Assembly: GCA_937951695.1 (NCBI GenBank)
Contig: CALFBL010000394.1
Coordinates: 1 to 36,102, forward strand
Length of the DNA: 36,102 bases
Reading direction: 5' to 3'
DNA from: an uncultured Granulosicoccaceae bacterium
Lineage (GTDB): Bacteria > Pseudomonadota > Gammaproteobacteria > Granulosicoccales > Granulosicoccaceae
Part shown: positions 1 to 11,484 of the stretch, in pieces
Numbering within the stretch: the first letter of the stretch is position 1
Layout of the letters: every line of letters starts with the position of its first letter
The notes under the pieces: generated by a model
What the model was told of the DNA's origin: nothing
Database searches by the model: none
The model's input: the letters and a program-made list of their open reading frames with translations, nothing else
Made by a program: the position numbers and the translations under genes

Positions 1-243
1 GGGAACATCCCGCGGTTCAGCGAAGAGGTGCTGACGATACCGGTGAGCATTTCCGCCTTGGGCGTGATGCGACAGTTGTTGGCGCTAACCAATAGCGGTG
101 AAGGCGCGGACGGCGCATTCAATCGCCCCATTGCATACCGACTCACCGGTAAACTCGGGGCCGCGCAGGGAAATTTTGGAGCAACCCGCTTTACCGACCA
201 AGGCGACTTGGATTTGTTTTCGGATACGAAAAGCGTTGAGTAG
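1..243 (+). CDS. 3' end of a LEA type 2 / WHy-domain protein (5'-truncated by the window)
   Basis: Frame 1 is open from base 1 to TAG at 241-243 and reads GNIPRFSEEVLTIPVSISAL...IAYRLTGKLG...RFTDQGDLDL. This matches the C-terminal pattern of bacterial LEA_2 lipoproteins. Confidence 0.6.
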   Translation, partial: GNIPRFSEEVLTIPVSISALGVMRQLLALTNSGEGADGAFNRPIAYRLTGKLGAAQGNFGATRFTDQGDLDLFSDTKSVE

Positions 244-362
244 CCCTTCTGCAATACCACCAGGATCAAGACCACGCTTTACACAAACAGGGCGATCCAC
301 TTCTAGACGCATTTAAACTGCGCTAGATGGTGTGAGCGGCTTCTATCTGAGTAACGGAGGCT

Positions 363-1535
363 TCAGCGTTCAACAGTCATGGCAATACCCATACCGCCAC
401 CAATACACAGCGTGGCCAAGCCTTTTTTGGCGTCACGGTTTTTCATCGCATACAACAGTGTGGTCAGCACGCGAGCGCCCGATGCACCGATGGGATGTCC
501 CAGAGCAATCGCCCCACCGTTGACGTTAACGATGTCTGCACTCCAGCCCATCTCCTTATTTACCGCACAGGCTTGAGCGGCGAACGCCTCGTTGGCCTCG
601 ACCAGCTCCAGATCACTGACTTCCCAACCGGCTTTCTCAAGCGCTGCACGACTGGCGGGTATGGGACCTGTACCCATCACCGACGGATCCACTCCTTTCG
701 TCGCCCATGACTTAATCACGGCCAGTGGCTCAATGGATCGAGCCTTGGCCCTCTCTAGCGACATCAACACCAGCGCAGCAGCACCATCGTTAAGTCCTGA
801 CGCGTTGCCTGCAGTGACTGAGCCTTCCTGCTCAAACGCCGGACGAAGTCCTGCGAGTTTTTCAACAGTAGTGCCGTGTTTTGGGTATTCATCACTGTCG
901 ACTACGGTGTCACCCCGTCGCGTGGTGATGGTGACGGGAACGATCTCGTCTTTAAACCGGCCACCGTTTTGCGCAGCTTCCGCTTTGCCTTGGGAATCAG
1001 CCGCGAACTGATCCTGCACGTCCCGGGTTACCTGCCATTGGCTAGCGACGTTCTCAGCGGTGGTGCCCATGTGATAGTCGTTGAACGCATCCCATAGCCC
1101 ATCAACGATCATCGTATCAGTCAATTCCAGTGACCCCATCTTTTTACCCTGGCGCATTTGCGCCGAATGCGCTGATTGACTCATGGACTCTTGACCACCA
1201 GCAACCACAATATCGACGTCGTCACAGGCAATGGCTTGAGCTGCAATGGCAACCGCTCGAAGGCCCGAACCACACACTTGATTGATAGTGATGGCGGTGC
1301 AACTGTTCGGAATGCCAGCGTTGATCGCGGCCTGCCGAGCGGTGTTCTGGCCACACCCAGCCGTCAACACATGCCCCATGATGACCTCGCTGACATCACT
1401 GGTGTCTACTGAGGCTCTCTTCAACGCTTCCTTGATAGCGATCGTACCCAATTGACTTGCCGACAAAGCGGATAATGCACCGCCAAAACTACCAATTGGA
1501 GTGCGTGCTGCTGCAACTATTGCCACGTCTTTCAT
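363..1535 (-). CDS. phaA: Acetyl-CoA C-acetyltransferase (biosynthetic thiolase, PhaA/AtoB type)
   Basis: 390 aa with thiolase motifs NQVCGSG (catalytic Cys), NEAFA, GHPIGASG and CIGGGMG. A GAGG RBS lies upstream. Confidence 0.93.
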   Translation of the reverse strand: MKDVAIVAAARTPIGSFGGALSALSASQLGTIAIKEALKRASVDTSDVSEVIMGHVLTAGCGQNTARQAAINAGIPNSCTAITINQVCGSGLRAVAIAAQAIACDDVDIVVAGGQESMSQSAHSAQMRQGKKMGSLELTDTMIVDGLWDAFNDYHMGTTAENVASQWQVTRDVQDQFAADSQGKAEAAQNGGRFKDEIVPVTITTRRGDTVVDSDEYPKHGTTVEKLAGLRPAFEQEGSVTAGNASGLNDGAAALVLMSLERAKARSIEPLAVIKSWATKGVDPSVMGTGPIPASRAALEKAGWEVSDLELVEANEAFAAQACAVNKEMGWSADIVNVNGGAIALGHPIGASGARVLTTLLYAMKNRDAKKGLATLCIGGGMGIAMTVER

Positions 1536-1598
1536 GTACTGCCCTCAGGTTTGAATGATGCCGGATGAAGCGATCAGGTATTCACCTCCGCAAAACCT

Positions 1599-2738
1599 TC
1601 ACACTATCGCCCGGGGGGCCTCTATGCGCCCGCCGGTAATCAACATAGCGAATCGGGGTGATATCTTCAGTGCTATCTTAACGATCATGATCGCTATGCC
1701 CATCGCCACAAACGGCCCTGCCAGAAACCAAACGATAAACAGACTCGATTCAGCCCCGCCGAACAGGGGTTGCCAAAGACTAAAAAAGACAATCGTAAGC
1801 ATCAGGAAATGACTGCAGAATGCCACAAACAAGTACGGTGAGAAGCGCGTGACCTGAACACTGCACCAACCCCCCAACAAAACGGACGTCAGAGTCCAGA
1901 TTGTTAAAGAACTAAACAGGCGGCTCAGCGGGTAAAGCACCACCTCGTTAAATTCTAATCCTCGCTGTGCAAACACGTCAACCAATCCGGCAGCCGCACC
2001 GCCTTTCACCAGCACAACAGCGCCGGCTGAACACACAGACAGTATAAGGAAAACCGGAAGGTAACGATCCAGAGCGCTCAGTTCGACATTGCGTAGCGCT
2101 AAAAACATACCGATCGAAAATGCGAAGATAACCAGTGTTCGCAGTATGATCACCCCGTTCTGGTCATATCCCAGCACGTACACAAAACCAAGACCCAGCA
2201 GCAGTAACCACCGAAACCGCTTTATTGCTAACAGAAGCACCGGCGATAACAACACACACACGAAAAGATCACGCAAAAAACTCAAATGCGTTGTCGGGCC
2301 TGACGGAATCTCCGTCAGAAAAAATACGACATTTAGTTTATCGAGCAACGTCATGGCATCAGAGACAAACGTTGGGCGGCTATAGGATACTAACCAATAG
2401 ACCAAGTAGGTTACAGCCCCCCAGAAGACCATAGGCACGAAGATAGAAATGAAACGACGTTGGTAGAGTACTTTGAAGCTGCCGCGACTGCGTATCAAAG
2501 AAATTGCAGCGAGGTATCCGGATACAACGCTGAGCAACGCCGCGCTGGCACGTCCCGAGCCCTCCACGATAAAACGTTCCAGCAGAAAACCCATGCTCGC
2601 GGTATCCATCGAATACACCGGGCTGGCATTAATTCCGTCAGGCACATGGACGAAGATCATTCCTAGCACACATAGCATGCGCGTCATAGAAATACGATCT
2701 TTCGTAGCAGGGGATAATTGCGGTACCAAAACCTCCAT
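1599..2738 (-). CDS. Membrane acyltransferase family 3 protein, ExoH (succinyltransferase)-like
   Basis: 379 aa multi-TM protein. It has the AT3 TM1 R-x10-H motif (TRMLCVLGMIFVHVP), plus SGYL and HLSFLRDLFVC, similar to ExoH-type proteins. Confidence 0.75.
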   Translation of the reverse strand: MEVLVPQLSPATKDRISMTRMLCVLGMIFVHVPDGINASPVYSMDTASMGFLLERFIVEGSGRASAALLSVVSGYLAAISLIRSRGSFKVLYQRRFISIFVPMVFWGAVTYLVYWLVSYSRPTFVSDAMTLLDKLNVVFFLTEIPSGPTTHLSFLRDLFVCVLLSPVLLLAIKRFRWLLLLGLGFVYVLGYDQNGVIILRTLVIFAFSIGMFLALRNVELSALDRYLPVFLILSVCSAGAVVLVKGGAAAGLVDVFAQRGLEFNEVVLYPLSRLFSSLTIWTLTSVLLGGWCSVQVTRFSPYLFVAFCSHFLMLTIVFFSLWQPLFGGAESSLFIVWFLAGPFVAMGIAIMIVKIALKISPRFAMLITGGRIEAPRAIV

Positions 2739-2984
2739 TGATTAACAGCGAATTCCACGACAGATCATATAGTATAGTACCCGAATGCGATCGAGCTGTA
2801 GAAGCAACGGCTTTTCGCCCCGGCTCACAGCATTCATTGCACGGCTTTTGACGCTCGGATTGAGACGTATTCGACAAATATGCGCGGCTCACCCGAAGCG
2901 CCAAAAAATAGACTTACCCCCCTGCACTTGATTCTGTGGACTTTGTCATACGAACTCTCAGTACAATCGTTTCAGCTTAACGGT

Positions 2985-3950
2985 TTAAGCCGCGTGACTC
3001 TTAGCAGCTTTGTCACCGACAATACGATGATGGAGCAACACAATCAGGTAGCCCACAACAAACCCGAATACACCAGCGAACAAAGCATTTATACTCCACT
3101 CAAGCGCAGCGCTAGCAGCGTTTACTAAGCTACCCAGCGTACTGGCGATGCTGTGAAACAGATGCGGTAGCCAGCCCAGTCCGAACACTTCCATCCCGTG
3201 CAAAATGATCCCGCCCCCTACCCAGAGCATGGCAGCGGTACCGATGATGGATAAAGCGGCCAACAAAACCGGCATGGCTCGTACCAGAGAATTGCCAAAG
3301 CCTTTCACTAAGCCTTGACCACTTTTTGCCAAATGCAATCCTATATCGTCCATTTTAACGATTACCGCAACAACTCCATAGACGGTTGCGGTAATGGCAA
3401 CACCCACCAACAGCAGAACAACGCCTTGGGTGAAAATGTTGCTCTCGCTGATCTCACCAAGCGCTATGGCCATGATTTCTGCCGACAGGATCAAATCGGT
3501 ACGAACCGCGCCGGCCACTTTTTTATCCTCCAGCGCCTTCGGGTCTTCATACGGTATTTGCGTGGGCAGTTCATCACTGGCTGCATCCTTACTGGAGAAG
3601 AACTTCTCCAACACTTTTTCAGCGCCTTCGAAACACAAATAGGCGCCGCCGAGCATCAGCACAGGTGTGATCAGGAAAGGCAGAAACGCGCTGAGTAGCA
3701 GGGCCAGCGGCAGCAGAATCACAATCTTGTTAAACAGTGAACCCTTGGCAATGCGCCAAATGATAGGCAGTTCGCGCGCTGGTGAAAGTCCGGTTACGTA
3801 AGCCGGTGTTACCGCTGCATCGTCTATCACCACACCCGCGGATTTGGATCCGGCTCGCATGGCTGCCACGCCAATATCATCCAACGATGCGGTGGCCAAC
3901 TTGGCTATCGCCGCCACATCATCAAGCAATGCAAAAAGTCCGCTAGCCAT
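2985..3950 (-). CDS. yedI: DUF808 family inner membrane protein (YedI-like)
   Basis: Motifs MASGLFALLDD, KSAGVVIDDAAV, RELPIIWRIAKGS, AVRTDLILSAEI and VKMDDIGL. I moved the start to ATG at 3950 because the family begins there. Confidence 0.9.
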   Translation of the reverse strand: MASGLFALLDDVAAIAKLATASLDDIGVAAMRAGSKSAGVVIDDAAVTPAYVTGLSPARELPIIWRIAKGSLFNKIVILLPLALLLSAFLPFLITPVLMLGGAYLCFEGAEKVLEKFFSSKDAASDELPTQIPYEDPKALEDKKVAGAVRTDLILSAEIMAIALGEISESNIFTQGVVLLLVGVAITATVYGVVAVIVKMDDIGLHLAKSGQGLVKGFGNSLVRAMPVLLAALSIIGTAAMLWVGGGIILHGMEVFGLGWLPHLFHSIASTLGSLVNAASAALEWSINALFAGVFGFVVGYLIVLLHHRIVGDKAAKSHAA

Positions 3951-4113
3951 GGTTAAAACGTGTCCTTGCAACCGCGTCAGTAAAGCTGACAGGCATTGCC
4001 GCCAGCTGAGTATGCGTCACCGCGTATGTCCGAATCTGAATGGTACCAGACAGACAAAGTGCGCGGAAAAAAGCCAAGACCGCAAAACATCGATAACGAA
4101 CTTAGGCAGCGCC

Positions 4114-4150
4114 ATAAAATAAAGGGCCACCCTCGCAAGAGAGGTGGCCC
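4114..4150 (-). terminator. Rho-independent terminator of katG
   Basis: Inverted repeat GGGCCACC-CTC-gcaa-GAG-a-GGTGGCCC (4124-4150), followed on the minus strand by TTTATTTTAT, about 27 nt after the katG stop. Confidence 0.85.
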
Positions 4151-4176
4151 CTATCGAGCAACGTACAACGAAAAAG

Positions 4177-6399
<2,223 letters not shown>

Positions 6400-6429
6400 C
6401 TACAACTTCATACAACAAACAAGGGTGTG

Positions 6430-6870
6430 CTATCCGCTCTGACGACAGCTCGGACAAACCCCCCAATAGATCACCTCTGCTTCGTCTATCACGAAACCGT
6501 GGTTCTCTTGCGGGATGAGGCAAGGCGCCTCACCCACCGCGCAATCAATGTCGGTAACGCTGCCGCAAGAGCGACAAGCGAGATGGTGGTGGTTATCAAC
6601 GCGATGCTCGTATCGGGCGGCAGAACCTGCGGGCTGAATTCGCCTTAGAATTCCGATCTCGGCCATAGCGTTTAGTGCGTCGTATACCGCCTGACGAGAA
6701 ATCGCGCCCAGCTTTTCTCTAACGTTAAGCGCTATCTCATCAGCGATCGCGTGCGGAGTTCTTTGTACCGCATGGTAGACCGCAACTCGCTGTGCAGTCA
6801 CCTGCATGCCCGCTGCTCTCAGAATATCTGAGATGTCTGATGCGTTCTGGGTTGACCGTGTTTCGCTCAT
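6430..6870 (-). CDS. furA: Fur-family peroxide-sensing repressor, actinobacterial FurA type
   Basis: 146 aa. [40 protein letters not shown] and [15 protein letters not shown] are hallmark FurA segments. It lies directly upstream of katG. Confidence 0.9.
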   Translation of the reverse strand: MSETRSTQNASDISDILRAAGMQVTAQRVAVYHAVQRTPHAIADEIALNVREKLGAISRQAVYDALNAMAEIGILRRIQPAGSAARYEHRVDNHHHLACRSCGSVTDIDCAVGEAPCLIPQENHGFVIDEAEVIYWGVCPSCRQSG

Positions 6871-6908
6871 GGGATCATGCTAAGGCTAATTCTGGATATA
6901 ATCAAGAA
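6871..6908 (-). promoter_or_regulatory. furA promoter (-35 TTGATT, 17 nt, -10 TAGCAT) with an overlapping FurA-box-like inverted repeat; predicted leaderless transcript
   Basis: The minus strand reads TTCTTGA-TTATA-TCCAGAA (6908-6890). The -35 is at 6905-6900, the -10 at 6882-6877, and the ATG follows 6 nt later. No SD sequence. Confidence 0.75.
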
Positions 6909-6983
6909 TTTTATTTTTTACATTAAGATGAAAGTGTTGTCTCATTGACCTACGCTCGGAGCGCATGCGCCGCACCACGAAAC

Positions 6984-7340
6984 TTAAGAATCACACTCAG
7001 GATTTTCAACGGATGCATCACCTTCCAATTGCTTCTGGACGCGGCGCCGAAAAACAGCAATCTCCTTTCCCGTTTGCTTGTCTCCTGTGGACTCTACCGC
7101 TTGCAGGCCTTGGTCGAAGGCGATGATGGCGTCGACCAGTCGACCTGCCGCGGCTAGCGATCGCCCCAACATCTTCCAAGCTGCCGAGTAGTCCGGTTTC
7201 ATCTCAACCGCTTTTTGTAGATGCTCAACCGCCCGCACCATGTCGCCCTCTTTAAAGTATGCGCTGCCCAGCGTCATTCGTAACATCTCGCTGTCTTGGC
7301 CACGCTCCAGCATCGCTTTGAAGCTATTAATTTGGCTCAT
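6984..7340 (-). CDS. Small tetratricopeptide-repeat protein
   Basis: 118 aa with TPR helices LGSAYF...AVEHLQKAVEMKPDYSAAWKMLGRSL...AIIAFDQG. Confidence 0.85.
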   Translation of the reverse strand: MSQINSFKAMLERGQDSEMLRMTLGSAYFKEGDMVRAVEHLQKAVEMKPDYSAAWKMLGRSLAAAGRLVDAIIAFDQGLQAVESTGDKQTGKEIAVFRRRVQKQLEGDASVENPECDS

Positions 7341-7518
7341 CAGGGCTTCCCGTCTTCTTAATTAAAGATCCAGCTTACTTAGCATTCTCGTCTCAGTCAC
7401 AAAGTGAAATAGTCTGCGTTTCTTTCTGGTGCCATATATTTTCTCCCGAGTCATTAATTATTTGTAAAATGACGGGCGAGCGGATAAGGGTTACAACCGT
7501 CTGGTACTCTCTTAAATG

Positions 7519-7555
7519 TTTCTGTGTAGCTTTAATATTTCTGTGTAGCTTTAAT
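7519..7555 (+). repeat. Perfect 18-bp direct repeat (period 19) upstream of acnA
   Basis: TTTCTGTGTAGCTTTAAT at 7519-7536 and 7538-7555. Confidence 0.9.
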
Positions 7556-7593
7556 TTACGATTAACTTCCGTCATCAAACAGGACAGACTGCC

Positions 7594-10281
7594 ATGACCA
7601 TCACTGTTGGACAAGACACCGCCAAGACGCGCAAGACCCTTACAGTGGGTGGTACGTCAATTGATTATTATTCAATCTCCGCTGCCACGGCCGCAGGGTT
7701 GGGGGATTTCAGCAAATTACCCGCCTCTTTGAAGGTGGTGCTGGAGAACATGCTGCGCTTTGAAGATGGCAACACCGTTTCGGTGGATGATATCAAGGCG
7801 TTTGCTGAATGGGCCGACAAAGGCGGTCAGAACCCTCGCGAGATCGCCTACCGCCCAGCCCGCGTGTTGATGCAGGACTTCACCGGTGTACCTGCCGTGG
7901 TCGATCTTGCCGCTATGCGAGACGGCATCGTCGCCCTCGGAGGCGATGCTCAGCAGATCAACCCGCTAAACCCCGTCGATCTGGTCATTGACCACTCGGT
8001 CACCATCGACGAATTCGGCAACCCGCGCGCCTTTCAGATGAACGTAGAGCGCGAGTACGAACGCAACATGGAGCGCTACACCTTTCTTAAGTGGGGTCAG
8101 TCCGCGTTCTCAAACTTCCGCGTTGTCCCCCCCGGCACCGGCATTTGCCACCAGGTAAACCTTGAATACCTCAGCCAGACCGTTTGGACCGATCAAGACC
8201 AGAACGGTGTGGAAGTAGCCTACCCCGACACCCTCGTCGGCACAGACAGCCACACCACCATGGTTAATGGCGCGGCAGTGCTCGGTTGGGGCGTTGGCGG
8301 GATTGAGGCGGAAGCCTCAATGCTGGGCCAGCCCATCTCCATGCTCATCCCAGAAGTGGTCGGCTTCAAACTCACCGGCAAGATGATGGAAGGTACTACC
8401 GGAACCGACCTGGTGTTGAAAGTCGTCGAAATGCTGCGAGCTCACGGGGTGGTCTCCAAATTTGTTGAGTTCTACGGCGAAGGGCTCGACCACCTGCCCT
8501 TGGCAGATCGTGCCACCATCGCGAACATGGCGCCCGAATACGGCGCCACCTGTGGCTTCTTCCCGATCGACGACGAAACCCTGCGTTATTTGGAAAACAC
8601 CGGGCGCGCCAAGGAACGTGTCGCTCTCGTCAAGGCCTACGCGCAGGAAAACGGCATGTGGCGCGGTGCGGATTACGAGCCCATCTATTCTTCCACGCTG
8701 AACCTGGACATGGGCACCATCGTTCCGGCGATATCTGGCCCCAAGCGCCCGCAGGACTTTGTCGCCCTAACCAACGCAAAAACAGCGTTTGCCGGCGAAA
8801 TGAAGAACGCGTTTGATCGGCCTTTGGGTAAAAAGGTGAAAGTCGAGGGCGAAGACTATGAGCTGGAATCCGGCCACGTTGTTATCGCCTCCATTACTTC
8901 CTGCACCAACACCTCTAACCCCTACGTCATGATCGGTGCAGGCCTTGTAGCACAGAAAGCCGCCGCACTGGGGCTGAGCAGCAAGCCTTGGGTGAAAACC
9001 TCTCTCGCTCCTGGCTCGCAAGTGGTGACCGCGTATCTAGAGGCAGCTGGCTTGCAAGCAGAACTGGATAAAGTCGGCTTCAACCTTGTCGGCTACGGCT
9101 GCACGACGTGCATCGGAAACTCTGGCCCACTCCAACCCGAGATTAGCAAAGCCATTGCCGACGGCGACCTTGTTGCCACCTCAGTGCTCTCGGGCAATCG
9201 TAATTTTGAAGGTCGCATCTCACCGGATGTACGCGCCAACTATCTTGCGTCTCCTCCGCTGGTTGTCGCGTACGCGCTGGCCGGTACCATGAACATCAAT
9301 CTGGCTAGCGACCCGATTGCGCAAACCCCGGATGGCAAGGAGGTCTATCTGAAAGACATCTGGCCTTCAACGCAGGAGATTGCAGAACTCGTTGAAGCGA
9401 CGGTAACACGTGAGGCGTTCCAGTCCAAGTACGCCGAAGTCTTTACAGGCGATGAAAAATGGCAAAGCGTCGAGACAACCAAGTCCGCCACCTACGATTG
9501 GCCTGCGCAATCGACCTACATACAGAACCCTCCTTACTTCCAAGGTATGTCAAAAGATCCGGGCACCATCAGTAACATTGAAGAGGCAAAAGTGCTGGCT
9601 ATACTCGGCGACATGATCACCACCGATCACATCAGTCCGGCCGGCTCCTTCAAGGAATCAGCTCCCGCCGGTGAATACCTGCGCGATCGTCAGGTACCCG
9701 TGCGTGATTTCAACTCCTACGGCTCACGCCGTGGCAACCACGAAGTCATGATGCGCGGCACCTTTGCCAACATCCGTATTAAAAACGAAATGCTCGACAA
9801 CGTTGAAGGTGGCTACACCAAAGGGCCCAACGGCGAACAAACCTCGATCTATGACGCCGCTATGGCCTACATGAAAGCCGGCACACCCACCGTGATCTTC
9901 GGTGGTGAGCAATACGGTGCAGGCTCTTCACGTGACTGGGCGGCCAAAGGCACAAACCTGTTAGGCGTTAAAGCGGTAATTGCCGAGAGCTTTGAGCGTA
10001 TCCATCGCTCCAACCTGGTGGGCATGGGCGTTGTACCGTTTGAATTCACCGGCGGTGACACGCGAGAGTCTCTTGGCTTGACTGGCGAAGAAACAGTCAC
10101 CATCACAGGCCTTGACAGCGTCAAGCCTTCACAAGAGCTGCCATGCAAAATTGTGATGGCCGATGGCACGGTTAGAGAGATAACGCTAAAGTGCCGAATT
10201 GATACGGCCATTGAGATCGAATACGTCGAACATGGCGGGGTACTGCACTATGTACTGCGTAACCTTGCCAAGGCAGCTTAA
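7594..10281 (+). CDS. acnA: Aconitate hydratase AcnA
   Basis: 895 aa with QDFTGVPAVVDLA, DSHTTM, Fe-S ligands SCTNTSN and GCTTCIGNSG, and GSSRDWAAKG. Confidence 0.98.
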   Translation: MTITVGQDTAKTRKTLTVGGTSIDYYSISAATAAGLGDFSKLPASLKVVLENMLRFEDGNTVSVDDIKAFAEWADKGGQNPREIAYRPARVLMQDFTGVPAVVDLAAMRDGIVALGGDAQQINPLNPVDLVIDHSVTIDEFGNPRAFQMNVEREYERNMERYTFLKWGQSAFSNFRVVPPGTGICHQVNLEYLSQTVWTDQDQNGVEVAYPDTLVGTDSHTTMVNGAAVLGWGVGGIEAEASMLGQPISMLIPEVVGFKLTGKMMEGTTGTDLVLKVVEMLRAHGVVSKFVEFYGEGLDHLPLADRATIANMAPEYGATCGFFPIDDETLRYLENTGRAKERVALVKAYAQENGMWRGADYEPIYSSTLNLDMGTIVPAISGPKRPQDFVALTNAKTAFAGEMKNAFDRPLGKKVKVEGEDYELESGHVVIASITSCTNTSNPYVMIGAGLVAQKAAALGLSSKPWVKTSLAPGSQVVTAYLEAAGLQAELDKVGFNLVGYGCTTCIGNSGPLQPEISKAIADGDLVATSVLSGNRNFEGRISPDVRANYLASPPLVVAYALAGTMNINLASDPIAQTPDGKEVYLKDIWPSTQEIAELVEATVTREAFQSKYAEVFTGDEKWQSVETTKSATYDWPAQSTYIQNPPYFQGMSKDPGTISNIEEAKVLAILGDMITTDHISPAGSFKESAPAGEYLRDRQVPVRDFNSYGSRRGNHEVMMRGTFANIRIKNEMLDNVEGGYTKGPNGEQTSIYDAAMAYMKAGTPTVIFGGEQYGAGSSRDWAAKGTNLLGVKAVIAESFERIHRSNLVGMGVVPFEFTGGDTRESLGLTGEETVTITGLDSVKPSQELPCKIVMADGTVREITLKCRIDTAIEIEYVEHGGVLHYVLRNLAKAA

Positions 10282-10349
10282 TTGCCGACAAATCACATCT
10301 TTTCCGACGAATCATATCTTGATCGCTGGTAGTTCTAGACAGTAGCACT

Positions 10350-10380
10350 GACATACGCCGCTGAACCGGCGGCGTATGTC
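10350..10380. terminator. Strong hairpin between convergent acnA and cyclase genes (probable terminator)
   Basis: GACATACGCCGCTG-aac-CGGCGGCGTATGTC forms a 14-bp stem with one G-U pair. There is no long U tract. Confidence 0.65.
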
Positions 10381-10460
10381 TAATTCACGGTAATACTCGC
10401 CTTCGCGCTATCGATAGACCTTACCCCGGACGACCTAATCAGAGCCCTTAAACAAAGCCC

Positions 10461-11279
10461 TTAAACCATTGCAAAAATCCGCGCAGGCCCGCCGGTGCCT
10501 CCACGATGCTTTGGTGCACCGATAACCAGTGTGGCGCCAGCTGCAGGCACACGATCAAGATTAGCCAAATTTTCAATACCGAAGCGCCCCGCAGGCAACC
10601 ACGTATAGTGGGTGGCAAAGTCGGTAGATATTCCGTGATCGAGCGACAGCGTGTCCGAAGCGATGGACTGAGCGCCGGTTTCAAGCAGCATTTGGGCCGC
10701 TTCTACATGAAAGCCCGGGTAGTGCTGCGCTTCGCCATCAAAACCGCGGTACGCGTCGGTATTTACCTTGGGGCCCCAGCCTGAATGCATGGCAACGCAA
10801 GCACCATCTGGGATGTCGCCATGCGCATCGATCCAGACTTGCAAATCGTCCGGTGTAACCCGTGTGTCAACGTCATCAACTGCACGAGCGGCAATGTCGA
10901 TTACACACAACGGGGCCACCAGTGACGAGACGGGTATCTCATCTACCGATGTGCCATCGGCCGAGAAGTGTAGTGGTGCATCAATGTGAGTGCCGGTATG
11001 CTCATTGACCGTAAGCCGTTGCAGATTAAAACCGTTGTCTTTAAAGTTAAACACCTGCTCGCGCGAAATTCCACTTTCCCCAAAATAGGTGGGAAAGTCT
11101 TCGTCATACGTGTGGGTCATATCCTCAACCATTTCAAAGCGGCCTTGCGCCATGGCGAAGGTTCCAACGCTGGATGTGCCCACGGCGGCTACTGCCGCAC
11201 CGGCAACGCCAGCCTTGAAGAGCTTCCGCCGCGACAGCATTTTGTTTTTCACCGCGTTCATGACGCATATATCGCACAT
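10461..11279 (-). CDS. Cyclase family metal-dependent hydrolase (kynurenine formamidase-like) with Tat signal
   Basis: HTGTHIDAPLH metal motif, DTLSLD, and IENLANL. SRRKLFK twin-arginine motif plus a hydrophobic stretch. Start placed at ATG 11279, 8 nt after GGAG. Confidence 0.88.
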   Translation of the reverse strand: MCDICVMNAVKNKMLSRRKLFKAGVAGAAVAAVGTSSVGTFAMAQGRFEMVEDMTHTYDEDFPTYFGESGISREQVFNFKDNGFNLQRLTVNEHTGTHIDAPLHFSADGTSVDEIPVSSLVAPLCVIDIAARAVDDVDTRVTPDDLQVWIDAHGDIPDGACVAMHSGWGPKVNTDAYRGFDGEAQHYPGFHVEAAQMLLETGAQSIASDTLSLDHGISTDFATHYTWLPAGRFGIENLANLDRVPAAGATLVIGAPKHRGGTGGPARIFAMV

Positions 11280-11484
11280 AGTATTCACTCCTTTTAAGGT
11301 CAGTTCAATGCCGTACTGGTTGCCAGCGATATCCGAATAAACAACATTCGCAACACCGATACAGAACCGTTTTACACCACTTAAATTTCCGAATCAACAG
11401 CTTCGTAAAAACTAACAGACGACCAGTACGGTACCCTCTTTATGGAAAATTTCTTAAAGCTTACATCTGGCGGATAGAAGAAAC

